DNA of 64,000 nucleotides. Origin: Escherichia coli. Its GTDB lineage: Bacteria > Pseudomonadota > Gammaproteobacteria > Enterobacterales > Enterobacteriaceae. This document shows positions 55,697 through 64,000 of the stretch, in pieces. Numbering within the stretch: position 1 is the first letter of the stretch; each line of letters opens with the position of its first letter. The notes beneath the pieces were generated by a model. That model saw only the letters and a list, made by a program, of their open reading frames with translations. It had not been told where the DNA came from and searched no databases. The stretch lies in NCBI RefSeq assembly GCF_024298765.1, contig NZ_CP101210.1; one strand, given 5' to 3'. The position numbers and the translations under genes were made by a program.

Positions 55697-56650
55697 GTGG
55701 ATAGTAATAATCAAATTGAAACCTGTTTAAGCAGAAAGTCGTCAGAAGGTAAACCACAAATATTTACAACCTTACGAAATATTGATCTTAACCTTCTGAC
55801 TATTTTTGAAGCTGTATATGTACATAAAGGGATCGTTAATGCAGCGAAAGTGCTTAATCTGACACCCTCGGCAATCAGTCAGTCTATTCAGAAACTGCGC
55901 GTTATATTCCCTGACCCATTGTTTATTCGCAAAGGCCAGGGTGTCACTCCTACCGCATTTGCGATGCATCTACATGAGTATATCAGTCAGGGCCTTGAGT
56001 CCATTCTTGGCGCGCTGGATATCGAAGGAAGCTATGATAAGCAACGAACGATAACTATTGCGACCACCCCCTCAGTCGGAGCCCTGGTCCTTCCTGTCAT
56101 CTATCGGGCGATTAAAACTCACTATCCGCAGCTTTTACTGCGCAACCCGCCCATCAGCGACGCGGAAAACCAACTCAGTCAGTTTCAAACCGATCTCATC
56201 ATCGATAACATGTTTTGCACCAATCGTACGGTGCAACATCATGTTCTGTTCACCGACAATATGGTGTTAATTTGCCGTGAGGGAAATCCACTACTCTCTT
56301 TAGAAGATGACAGGGAGACTATCGACAACGCTGCGCATATACTCCTGTTACCGGAAGGGCAAAATTTCAGCGGTCTGCGGCAGAGAGTTCAAGAGATGTT
56401 TCCGGACCGGCAAATCAGTTTCACCAGCTACAACATTTTGACAATCGCTGCACTGGTTGCCAACAGTGACATGTTAGCGATTATTCCCAGCCGTTTTTAT
56501 AACCTGTTTAGCCGTTGTTGGCCGCTGGAAAAACTGCCTTTTCCGTCCTTAAATGAGGAGCAAATAGATTTCTCTATCCACTACAACAAATTCAGCCTGC
56601 GTGATCCCATCCTGCACGGGGTAATAGATGTTATCCGTAATGCATTTTGA
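55697..56650 (+). CDS. ybeF: LysR-family transcriptional regulator YbeF (GTG start)
   Basis: 317 aa; N-terminal HTH followed by LysR substrate-binding domain. Confidence 0.85.
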   Translation: MDSNNQIETCLSRKSSEGKPQIFTTLRNIDLNLLTIFEAVYVHKGIVNAAKVLNLTPSAISQSIQKLRVIFPDPLFIRKGQGVTPTAFAMHLHEYISQGLESILGALDIEGSYDKQRTITIATTPSVGALVLPVIYRAIKTHYPQLLLRNPPISDAENQLSQFQTDLIIDNMFCTNRTVQHHVLFTDNMVLICREGNPLLSLEDDRETIDNAAHILLLPEGQNFSGLRQRVQEMFPDRQISFTSYNILTIAALVANSDMLAIIPSRFYNLFSRCWPLEKLPFPSLNEEQIDFSIHYNKFSLRDPILHGVIDVIRNAF

Positions 56651-56858
56651 AAAAGTATTGTTACAGCCAGATCACAGCGAAGAGCGAAAAAATGGCACAA
56701 TCCAACAACAATTTTACATTTTCGCGACCGCTTTGGCTGCTTTCAGGTCCGTTTCAATGATATACTGCCAGTCGTTAATTCAAAAATAGTTGATAATTAC
56801 AACAATCTATTGAATTGAAACGCTTTCCTTCGTAATTCGCAACTGGAACACGCACGCT

Positions 56859-57824
56859 ATGAGTAAACCCATTGTGATGGAACGCGGTGTTAAATACCGC
56901 GATGCCGATAAGATGGCCCTTATCCCGGTTAAAAACGTGGCAACAGAGCGCGAAGCCCTGCTGCGCAAGCCGGAATGGATGAAAATCAAGCTTCCAGCGG
57001 ACTCTACACGTATCCAGGGCATCAAAGCCGCAATGCGCAAAAATGGCCTGCATTCTGTCTGCGAGGAAGCCTCCTGCCCTAACCTGGCGGAATGCTTCAA
57101 CCACGGCACAGCAACGTTTATGATCCTCGGCGCTATTTGTACCCGCCGTTGTCCGTTCTGTGACGTTGCCCACGGTCGCCCGGTAGCTCCGGATGCCAAT
57201 GAACCAGTGAAACTGGCGCAGACCATTGCCGATATGGCGCTGCGTTATGTGGTTATCACCTCCGTTGACCGTGATGACCTACGCGATGGCGGTGCCCAGC
57301 ACTTTGCGGATTGCATTACTGCCATTCGGGAAAAAAGCCCGCAAATCAAAATTGAAACTCTGGTGCCGGATTTCCGCGGTCGTATGGATCGTGCTCTGGA
57401 TATTCTGACCGCCACACCACCAGATGTGTTCAACCATAACCTGGAAAACGTACCGCGTATTTACCGTCAGGTACGGCCTGGTGCAGATTACAACTGGTCG
57501 CTGAAGCTGCTGGAACGCTTTAAAGAAGCGCATCCGGAAATCCCGACCAAGTCTGGTCTGATGGTGGGTCTGGGTGAAACCAATGAAGAAATTATTGAGG
57601 TAATGCGCGACCTGCGCCGTCATGGTGTGACGATGTTAACGCTGGGGCAATATTTGCAGCCAAGCCGCCATCACCTGCCGGTTCAACGTTACGTTAGCCC
57701 GGATGAGTTCGACGAAATGAAAGCCGAAGCGCTGGCGATGGGCTTTACCCATGCTGCATGCGGTCCGTTTGTCCGCTCGTCTTACCACGCCGATTTGCAG
57801 GCGAAAGGGATGGAAGTTAAGTAA
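56859..57824 (+). CDS. lipA: Lipoyl synthase
   Basis: 321 aa; CxxxCxxC radical-SAM cluster plus N-terminal auxiliary cysteines. Confidence 0.95.
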
Positions 57825-57855
57825 TCCTGTAATAATTACTTACATCTGTCTGATA

Positions 57856-57887
57856 AAAAACCCGCTTTTTGAAGCGGGTTTTTTGTA
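57856..57887. terminator. Bidirectional terminator between lipA and tatE
   Basis: Hairpin aacccgctt-tttga-agcgggtt flanked by A and T runs. Confidence 0.7.
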
Positions 57888-57924
57888 TCGAACAAGATAT
57901 TGAGGGAGCGTCCTGCTCGCCACG

Positions 57925-58128
57925 TCACTCTTTATGAGAGAGCTTTTCAGCCTGAAGATCAACGTCTGCGCCTTTTTTCGCCGCAGCATCGTCATCATTC
58001 ATCGCCTTCTTGAACCCTTTAATGGCCGCTCCAAGGTCTCCGCCCAGCGTACGTAACTTCTTAGTCCCAAACAGCAGAACGACCAGCGCCGCAACTACCA
58101 GCAGTTTGGTAATACTAATCTCACCCAT
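57925..58128 (-). CDS. tatE: Twin-arginine translocase subunit TatE
   Basis: 67 aa; single TM with F-G hinge, TatA/E family. Confidence 0.9.
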   Translation of the reverse strand: MGEISITKLLVVAALVVLLFGTKKLRTLGGDLGAAIKGFKKAMNDDDAAAKKGADVDLQAEKLSHKE

Positions 58129-58256
58129 AGATACCTTCTTGACATATAACCGGCAACAGAACGCGCCTTAAAAACCAGAGAATATTAACGGTCATTCGAC
58201 GCGCGCACACAATAGCAATCTGTAACAAGGTGAATCAAGCGCCGAGTAAAAAAACA

Positions 58257-59051
58257 TCATAATAATTGCGGCGGCGCAAAGCGACGGTTGTTTAAAACGG
58301 GAAGTTGCGCGCGCACCTGACGCACACGTTCGGGCGTCACTTCCGCCATAATGAGTGCAGGCATTTCTGACGCTGCCGCAATGGTGACGCCAAAGGGATC
58401 TATAATTCGGCTTTGCCCGATATTTTTGTTCCCGCACTCCCCCGCCGCCACCATATAACAGGTGGTATCCAGCGCACGAGCGGCAAGCAACGTTGACCAG
58501 TGATGCTCTTTGAGCGGCCCACGAACCCAGGCGGCAGGAAGTACCAGGATTTCAGCTCCCTGTAATGCCTGTGCCAGCGCCAGCTCTGGAAAGCGTAAGT
58601 CATAACAGGTCATCAGACCGACCTTCATCCCTTCCACCTCCAGTAACGGAGCTATTTCATTACCAGCATCAACATGGCGTGATTCCTGAATGGCAAATGC
58701 ATCATAGAGATGCAGTTTGGCATAACGGGCGACGATGTTTCCTGCCTGTAGCGCCACCAGCATATTCCATGCGCGCCCCGGCGTTGAAGGAACATGAATC
58801 GTCAGAATTGTCGTCATCATGTTACGTTTACTTTCTCGCCGTAAACGTCCGAGGAATTCGCCTTCCAGCAGCTGTGCTGATTTAACCGATAGATCTGCAT
58901 CATGATCATCGCGCGCCAACAATGCTTCCGGCAGGACAAACAGCGAAACGTCGTTTTCCGCCGCCTGCGCCATCAACGAGGCACAAATCTCAGCGTTCTT
59001 TTCCCACACAGATGTAACAGCAAACTGTCCTGCGGCAACCAGCATTGCCAC
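58257..59051 (-). CDS. ybeM: C-N hydrolase (nitrilase-superfamily) amidase, YbeM-like, intact
   Basis: 264-aa uninterrupted ORF; catalytic Cys in the GLMTCYD context. Confidence 0.8.
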   Translation of the reverse strand: MAMLVAAGQFAVTSVWEKNAEICASLMAQAAENDVSLFVLPEALLARDDHDADLSVKSAQLLEGEFLGRLRRESKRNMMTTILTIHVPSTPGRAWNMLVALQAGNIVARYAKLHLYDAFAIQESRHVDAGNEIAPLLEVEGMKVGLMTCYDLRFPELALAQALQGAEILVLPAAWVRGPLKEHHWSTLLAARALDTTCYMVAAGECGNKNIGQSRIIDPFGVTIAAASEMPALIMAEVTPERVRQVRAQLPVLNNRRFAPPQLL

Positions 59052-59140
59052 CTCCTCCTGTCAGAGTCGTAAAATTCGCCAACGGCGATTATTCGGCGTT
59101 ACACTTATCACTCATACAAATCAAATAGCAGGATTTTGCA

Positions 59141-59524
59141 GTGTTACAACTTCTTTTAGCAGTTTTTATTGGCGGTGGTACGGGAAGCGTGGCGAGATGG
59201 CTGTTAAGTATGCGATTTAACCCGCTGCATCAAGCGATTCCGTTGGGGACGCTGGCTGCAAACCTGATTGGGGCATTCATCATAGGAATGGGATTCGCCT
59301 GGTTTAGCAGGATGACGAACATTGATCCAGTGTGGAAAGTATTAATCACCACCGGATTTTGTGGCGGTCTAACAACCTTCTCAACATTTTCGGCAGAAGT
59401 GGTGTTTTTGTTACAAGAGGGCCGCTTTGGCTGGGCGTTACTGAACGTTTTCGTCAACCTTTTGGGGTCTTTTGCCATGACCGCACTGGCTTTCTGGCTG
59501 TTTTCCGCCTCAACCGCACACTAA
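59141..59524 (+). CDS. crcB: Fluoride channel CrcB (Fluc)
   Basis: 127 aa, four TM segments. Confidence 0.9.
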
Positions 59525-59528
59525 AGAC

Positions 59529-59559
59529 CAAAAAAAACCCGCTGATTAAGCGGGTTTTG
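59529..59559. terminator. Bidirectional terminator between crcB and cspE
   Basis: Hairpin aacccgct-gatta-agcgggtt flanked by A and T runs. Confidence 0.7.
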
Positions 59560-59577
59560 AATTCTTGCTGACGTATC

Positions 59578-59787
59578 TTACAGAGCGATTACGTTTGCAG
59601 CAGAAGGGCCTTTGGCACCGTTAGTGATTTCGAACTCTACGCGCTGACCTTCAGCAAGAGTTTTAAAACCATTAGTCTGGATTGCAGAGAAGTGTACGAA
59701 CACGTCTTTGCTGCCGTCTTCCGGAGTAATGAAACCGAATCCTTTGGACTCATTAAACCACTTAACGTTACCTTTAATCTTAGACAT
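59578..59787 (-). CDS. cspE: Cold-shock-domain protein CspE (69 aa)
   Basis: [20 protein letters not shown]... with RNP motifs; ORF-track start is extended. Confidence 0.95.
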
Positions 59788-59961
59788 CAAAATTACCTTT
59801 ACATGAAAAATAGACACAAATGCTGTGTCGGTTACCAGTACACCAATTGTGGTACGCTTTGTCCAGTGCAACTTTACTAAAAAGTGATAAAAGTCGCGTT
59901 ATTTTTGATGTTAATTATTTTACTCATTGATTTTAAAGAGTTTACTAAAATTTCATTTGTC

Positions 59962-60522
59962 TCAAAACTGAAAGCGCATCCAGGCAAAGTACACATTGCC
60001 ATTGTTATAGGTACCCGGAATGTAGGTCATCTGAAAAGTCACTGGACCATAACCCACAGAGGCCAATGGCAGTAGAACCGGGAGAGGGATGTAATTCCAG
60101 TTATCGCGTGCCGTTACGCCAGCGGTGAATCCCAGTCCTAAATGAAAATTTTCATCTGCCAGCGGTCGCCAGGTACTTTCCCATCCGTATCCGGCAATCG
60201 GTTCCCATTTGTTCCACGAGTCCTTAAATGCCATGGCATACAGGCCATGCCAGTTTCCTTTTTCATCCCAACGCGACTGACCAAAACCGCCACCCCACGG
60301 TCGCTCGTTATAGCGATCGGTTTTTTCTTTGTCGTAAGCGAAACGTGCATGCCAGGTGATGGCAGGAATATATAAATCATAATGTTCAGGCTGTTGCCAG
60401 GTTTGTGCAATATTTTCTCTAAACGTTGTCATCCACTCATCTGCGTTAGCAAAAACTTTACCAACGCTGATTAACTGAACAAAAACAAAGGAAAAGATAG
60501 CGACATATTTACTCACGTTCAT
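59962..60522 (-). CDS. pagP: Lipid A palmitoyltransferase PagP (186 aa)
   Basis: Signal peptide plus outer-membrane beta-barrel ending ...WMRFQF. Confidence 0.9.
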   Translation of the reverse strand: MNVSKYVAIFSFVFVQLISVGKVFANADEWMTTFRENIAQTWQQPEHYDLYIPAITWHARFAYDKEKTDRYNERPWGGGFGQSRWDEKGNWHGLYAMAFKDSWNKWEPIAGYGWESTWRPLADENFHLGLGFTAGVTARDNWNYIPLPVLLPLASVGYGPVTFQMTYIPGTYNNGNVYFAWMRFQF

Positions 60523-61007
60523 TTGTGACCATAAAACATTTATCAAAAATCTACTACTAGCATAGCAAAGCTACAATTAACATAACCTTAATAGCCCCAA
60601 CATAAAGAATAATCTGAATAGCTGCTCTATTTATTTCCGCTTGTTTAAGTTAAATATTTCCGCGCATCGATTAAAGATGATGCGTCGTTTTCTGCGATGG
60701 GAATAGTCAAAAAAGAAAAATCAAGTCTTTTTTGATGACAAAATGCAATCAAGGAAAAATTATTTTATTTTTTAACGAGATACAACAATCATCTTAACGA
60801 AGTATATAATATATATCGTCAACCTATGCTCATATTAGATTATTTTTTGAGCGCACAGCCGCAGCTAACACCATTGCAATTAACAAATTTGCATCAATCC
60901 ACCATCAATTTACACACATTATTATGTGATAATTGCCAACCGCTAAATATGCGTTTTGTTATCTATGTATAAAAACAGCAACTTCAATGTCTTAATGGCA
61001 GTTTTTC

Positions 61008-61021
61008 TTGATTTTAATCAG
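61008..61021. promoter_or_regulatory. Candidate FNR site upstream of dcuC
   Basis: TTGATtttaATCAg, 9 of 10 matches to TTGAT-N4-ATCAA, about 90 bp upstream of the dcuC ATG. Confidence 0.45.
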
Positions 61022-61110
61022 CATTTATCGCCAATTTATTGGGCATATTTTTTCCTTAAGCTTTAGGAATTTTTTATTATTTACTTTGGGGCCTGGAGAC
61101 AGGAAAAATT

Positions 61111-62496
61111 ATGCTGACATTCATTGAACTCCTTATTGGGGTTGTGGTTATTGTGGGTGTAGCTCGCTACATCATTAAAGGGTATTCCGCCACTGGCGTG
61201 TTATTTGTCGGTGGCCTGTTATTGCTGATTATCAGTGCCATTATGGGGCACAAAGTGTTACCGTCCAGCCAGGCTTCAACAGGCTACAGCGCCACGGATA
61301 TCGTTGAATACGTTAAAATATTGCTAATGAGCCGCGGCGGCGACCTCGGCATGATGATTATGATGCTGTGTGGCTTTGCCGCTTACATGACCCATATCGG
61401 CGCGAATGATATGGTGGTCAAGCTGGCGTCAAAACCATTGCAGTATATTAACTCCCCTTACCTGCTGATGATTGCCGCCTATTTTGTCGCCTGTCTGATG
61501 TCTCTGGCCGTCTCTTCCGCGACCGGTCTGGGTGTTTTGCTGATGGCAACCCTGTTTCCGGTGATGGTAAACGTTGGTATCAGCCGTGGTGCAGCTGCTG
61601 CTATTTGTGCCTCCCCGGCGGCGATTATTCTCGCACCGACTTCAGGGGATGTGGTGCTGGCGGCGCAGGCTTCCGAAATGTCGCTGATTGACTTCGCCTT
61701 CAAAACGACGCTGCCTATCTCAATTGCTGCAATTATCGGCATGGCGATCGCCCACTTCTTCTGGCAACGTTATCTGGATAAAAAAGAGCACATCTCTCAT
61801 GAAATGTTAGATGTCAGTGAAATCACCACCACTGCTCCTGCGTTTTATGCCATTTTGCCGTTCACGCCGATCATCGGAGTGCTGATTTTTGACGGCAAAT
61901 GGGGTCCGCAATTACACATCATCACTATTCTGGTGATTTGTATGCTGATTGCCTCCATTCTGGAGTTCATCCGCAGCTTTAATACCCAGAAAGTTTTCTC
62001 TGGTCTGGAAGTGGCTTATCGCGGGATGGCCGATGCGTTTGCTAACGTGGTGATGCTGCTGGTTGCCGCTGGGGTATTCGCTCAGGGGCTTAGCACCATC
62101 GGCTTTATTCAAAGTCTGATTTCTATCGCCACCTCGTTTGGTTCGGCGAGTATCATCCTGATGCTGGTATTAGTGATCCTGACAATGCTGGCGGCAGTCA
62201 CGACCGGTTCAGGCAATGCGCCGTTTTATGCGTTTGTTGAGATGATCCCGAAACTGGCGCACTCTTCCGGCATTAACCCGGCGTATTTGACTATCCCAAT
62301 GCTGCAGGCGTCAAACCTCGGCCGTACCCTGTCACCCGTTTCTGGCGTAGTCGTTGCGGTTGCCGGGATGGCGAAGATCTCACCATTTGAAGTCGTAAAA
62401 CGCACCTCGGTGCCGGTGCTTGTTGGGCTGGTGATTGTTATCGTTGCTACAGAGCTGATGGTGCCAGGAACGGCAGCCGCGGTCACAGGCAAGTAA
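61111..62496 (+). CDS. dcuC: Anaerobic C4-dicarboxylate transporter DcuC
   Basis: 461-aa polytopic transporter. Confidence 0.9.
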   Translation: MLTFIELLIGVVVIVGVARYIIKGYSATGVLFVGGLLLLIISAIMGHKVLPSSQASTGYSATDIVEYVKILLMSRGGDLGMMIMMLCGFAAYMTHIGANDMVVKLASKPLQYINSPYLLMIAAYFVACLMSLAVSSATGLGVLLMATLFPVMVNVGISRGAAAAICASPAAIILAPTSGDVVLAAQASEMSLIDFAFKTTLPISIAAIIGMAIAHFFWQRYLDKKEHISHEMLDVSEITTTAPAFYAILPFTPIIGVLIFDGKWGPQLHIITILVICMLIASILEFIRSFNTQKVFSGLEVAYRGMADAFANVVMLLVAAGVFAQGLSTIGFIQSLISIATSFGSASIILMLVLVILTMLAAVTTGSGNAPFYAFVEMIPKLAHSSGINPAYLTIPMLQASNLGRTLSPVSGVVVAVAGMAKISPFEVVKRTSVPVLVGLVIVIVATELMVPGTAAAVTGK

Positions 62497-62536
62497 ATAG
62501 TCATGCCGGAGGCAAGTTTCCTCCGGCTTTATCATG

Positions 62537-63217
62537 TCACCCACTGTGGTATATGCGTTGCGGTCTGCCAACTTTGCCGTGAACAATTTCAGCAATAATC
62601 AGATGGCGGCTGGCGCAATATTCAAGATAACGTCTGGCAGTGGTGCGGCTGATAGTCAGTGCCTGCGCCACCGTTTCTGCCGTATGTTGCACACCAGGCT
62701 CTTTAAACAGTTTTCGCACTGCGTTTAGCGTCAAGGGATCAATGCCGGTCGGCAGTTCGTCTTTAGGTTCACCGCGAGCATAGGCATTAAACATCTCATC
62801 AATTTGCTTCTGGCTGGCGCTATCAATACTTTCCAGCATATGTTTACGCTGGCGGAAACGGGTTAGCGTTTGCCCCAGCCGTTCATAGGCAATGGGCTTA
62901 ATGAGATAATCAAATACACCACAACGTACGGCTTCAGACACCGTTTCCATATCGCTGGCTGCAGTGGTAAACACCACGTCGCCGGGATAATGCGCCTGCA
63001 CCAGTTCATGCAATAAATTAATCCCTCTGCCGTCAGGAAGATAGTTATCGAGCAAGATTAGCCCCGGCTTAAAACGCTCGATCATCATTCGGGCCTGCGC
63101 CAGGTTTCCCGCCAGTAATATCTGACTGAATCCGGGAATGTGACGAATATATTCCGCATGCATCTCTGCCAGCGGCGTTTCGTCCTCAACGATCAATAGG
63201 GTTAATGGAGCTGTCAT
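62537..63217 (-). CDS. dpiA: Response regulator DpiA (CitB)
   Basis: 226 aa; receiver domain (LLIVEDE...LLDNYLPDG) plus C-terminal HTH. Confidence 0.9.
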   Translation of the reverse strand: MTAPLTLLIVEDETPLAEMHAEYIRHIPGFSQILLAGNLAQARMMIERFKPGLILLDNYLPDGRGINLLHELVQAHYPGDVVFTTAASDMETVSEAVRCGVFDYLIKPIAYERLGQTLTRFRQRKHMLESIDSASQKQIDEMFNAYARGEPKDELPTGIDPLTLNAVRKLFKEPGVQHTAETVAQALTISRTTARRYLEYCASRHLIIAEIVHGKVGRPQRIYHSG

Positions 63218-64000
63218 TAGGTTTCACTTTCGGAATATAGATTGAAAACAAGGTACCGCAGGGATCATTATCTTCGAGAGTGATAACACCACCGCAGCGC
63301 GTTACGTAGCTGGCAATCAAGTACAACCCAATGCCATGTTCACCGGGCTCGTCAGCACGCGTACTGACCCCCTGCTCAAATATTTTGTCTCGTAGAGACT
63401 CTGGAACGCCGCAGCCCTGATCGGCGACTTCAATCACCACATCATCGCCTTCATCGCTGAGGAATAATTCAACGATCTTGTTTCCTTCATCGCTACGCAG
63501 GCTGGCTTCGAAGGCGTTATCAAGTAAATTGCCCACAATGGCTGCAAACTCGGTGCTATCCAGTCCTGGCGGCAGTTGCGAAAGCTGGCTACCGGGGACA
63601 ATGATCATTTTTAGCCCCAGTTCCCGGGCGCGCTGCACTTTACCAAAAAGCAGCCCCGCCACCTGGCGATCGGCAAACGCCTCACGCAGGCTGTCAATAA
63701 GCTGTTGCTGGGCCTGAGACTCCCCCTGCACCATCGCCAGCACGCGATCATACTCTTTCATCTGCAACAGACCATTGAGCGTCGACATCCAATTGAGATG
63801 CTCGTGTCGCAATGTGCGCAGGCTCTCGACGTATTGTTTAATTTGCGTCAGTTGCGCATTGAGGGTGGATATTTCGTCTTTACTACGAAAGCTGATAATG
63901 GCCCCCAGCAAATCATCACCAGAACGAATAGCTTCCCGGTTGGCAATAACGCTCAGACCGTTAAAGTTCGCCACCACATCCTGACGTTTTTCATCAATCT
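63186..64000 (-). CDS. dpiB: Sensor histidine kinase DpiB (CitA), C-terminal part; 5' end lies beyond the window
   Basis: His-kinase H-box region and ATPase motifs (DQGCG, GIGL); overlaps the dpiA start. Confidence 0.85.
   Translation of the reverse strand, partial: IDEKRQDVVANFNGLSVIANREAIRSGDDLLGAIISFRSKDEISTLNAQLTQIKQYVESLRTLRHEHLNWMSTLNGLLQMKEYDRVLAMVQGESQAQQQLIDSLREAFADRQVAGLLFGKVQRARELGLKMIIVPGSQLSQLPPGLDSTEFAAIVGNLLDNAFEASLRSDEGNKIVELFLSDEGDDVVIEVADQGCGVPESLRDKIFEQGVSTRADEPGEHGIGLYLIASYVTRCGGVITLEDNDPCGTLFSIYIPKVKPNDSSINPIDR

Noticed and set aside
59052-59140. Fluoride riboswitch upstream of crcB
   Set aside because: I could not find the conserved riboswitch core in the 5' leader; to my knowledge E. 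coli crcB lacks this riboswitch

Overview
This window reads as an Escherichia coli chromosomal segment running from kdpD to dpiB (citA), in the opposite orientation to the K-12 map. It is almost entirely conserved housekeeping genes on both strands: kdpDE, speFL-speF-potE, pgm, seqA, fldA-uof-fur, chiPQ, glnS, the nagE / nagBACD regulon, asnB, a seven-gene tRNA operon (Met-Leu-Gln-Gln-Met-Gln-Gln), ubiF, miaB-ybeZYX-lnt, gltIJKL, rihA, leuS-lptE-holA-nadD-cobC, rsfS-rlmH-mrdAB-rlpA, dacA, lipB, lipA, tatE, crcB, cspE, pagP, dcuC and dpiAB. All gene identifications are from recall of the proteins, not from a database search. The most unusual feature is a 625-aa gene between lnt and gltI (34926..36803, minus strand) that encodes a complete rhomboid protease core fused to a C-terminal seven-repeat beta-propeller; I do not recognise this architecture from characterised E. 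coli proteins. Other strain-variable or scar-like features are: a ~145-bp degenerate direct repeat of the kdpE 3' end flanking the speF-potE module, an IS200-family insertion beside pgm, a 145-aa secreted protein between asnB and the tRNA operon, absence of the K-12 ybeQ-hscC cluster between ybeL and rihA, and an intact ybeM-like C-N hydrolase. No CRISPR array or prophage was seen.
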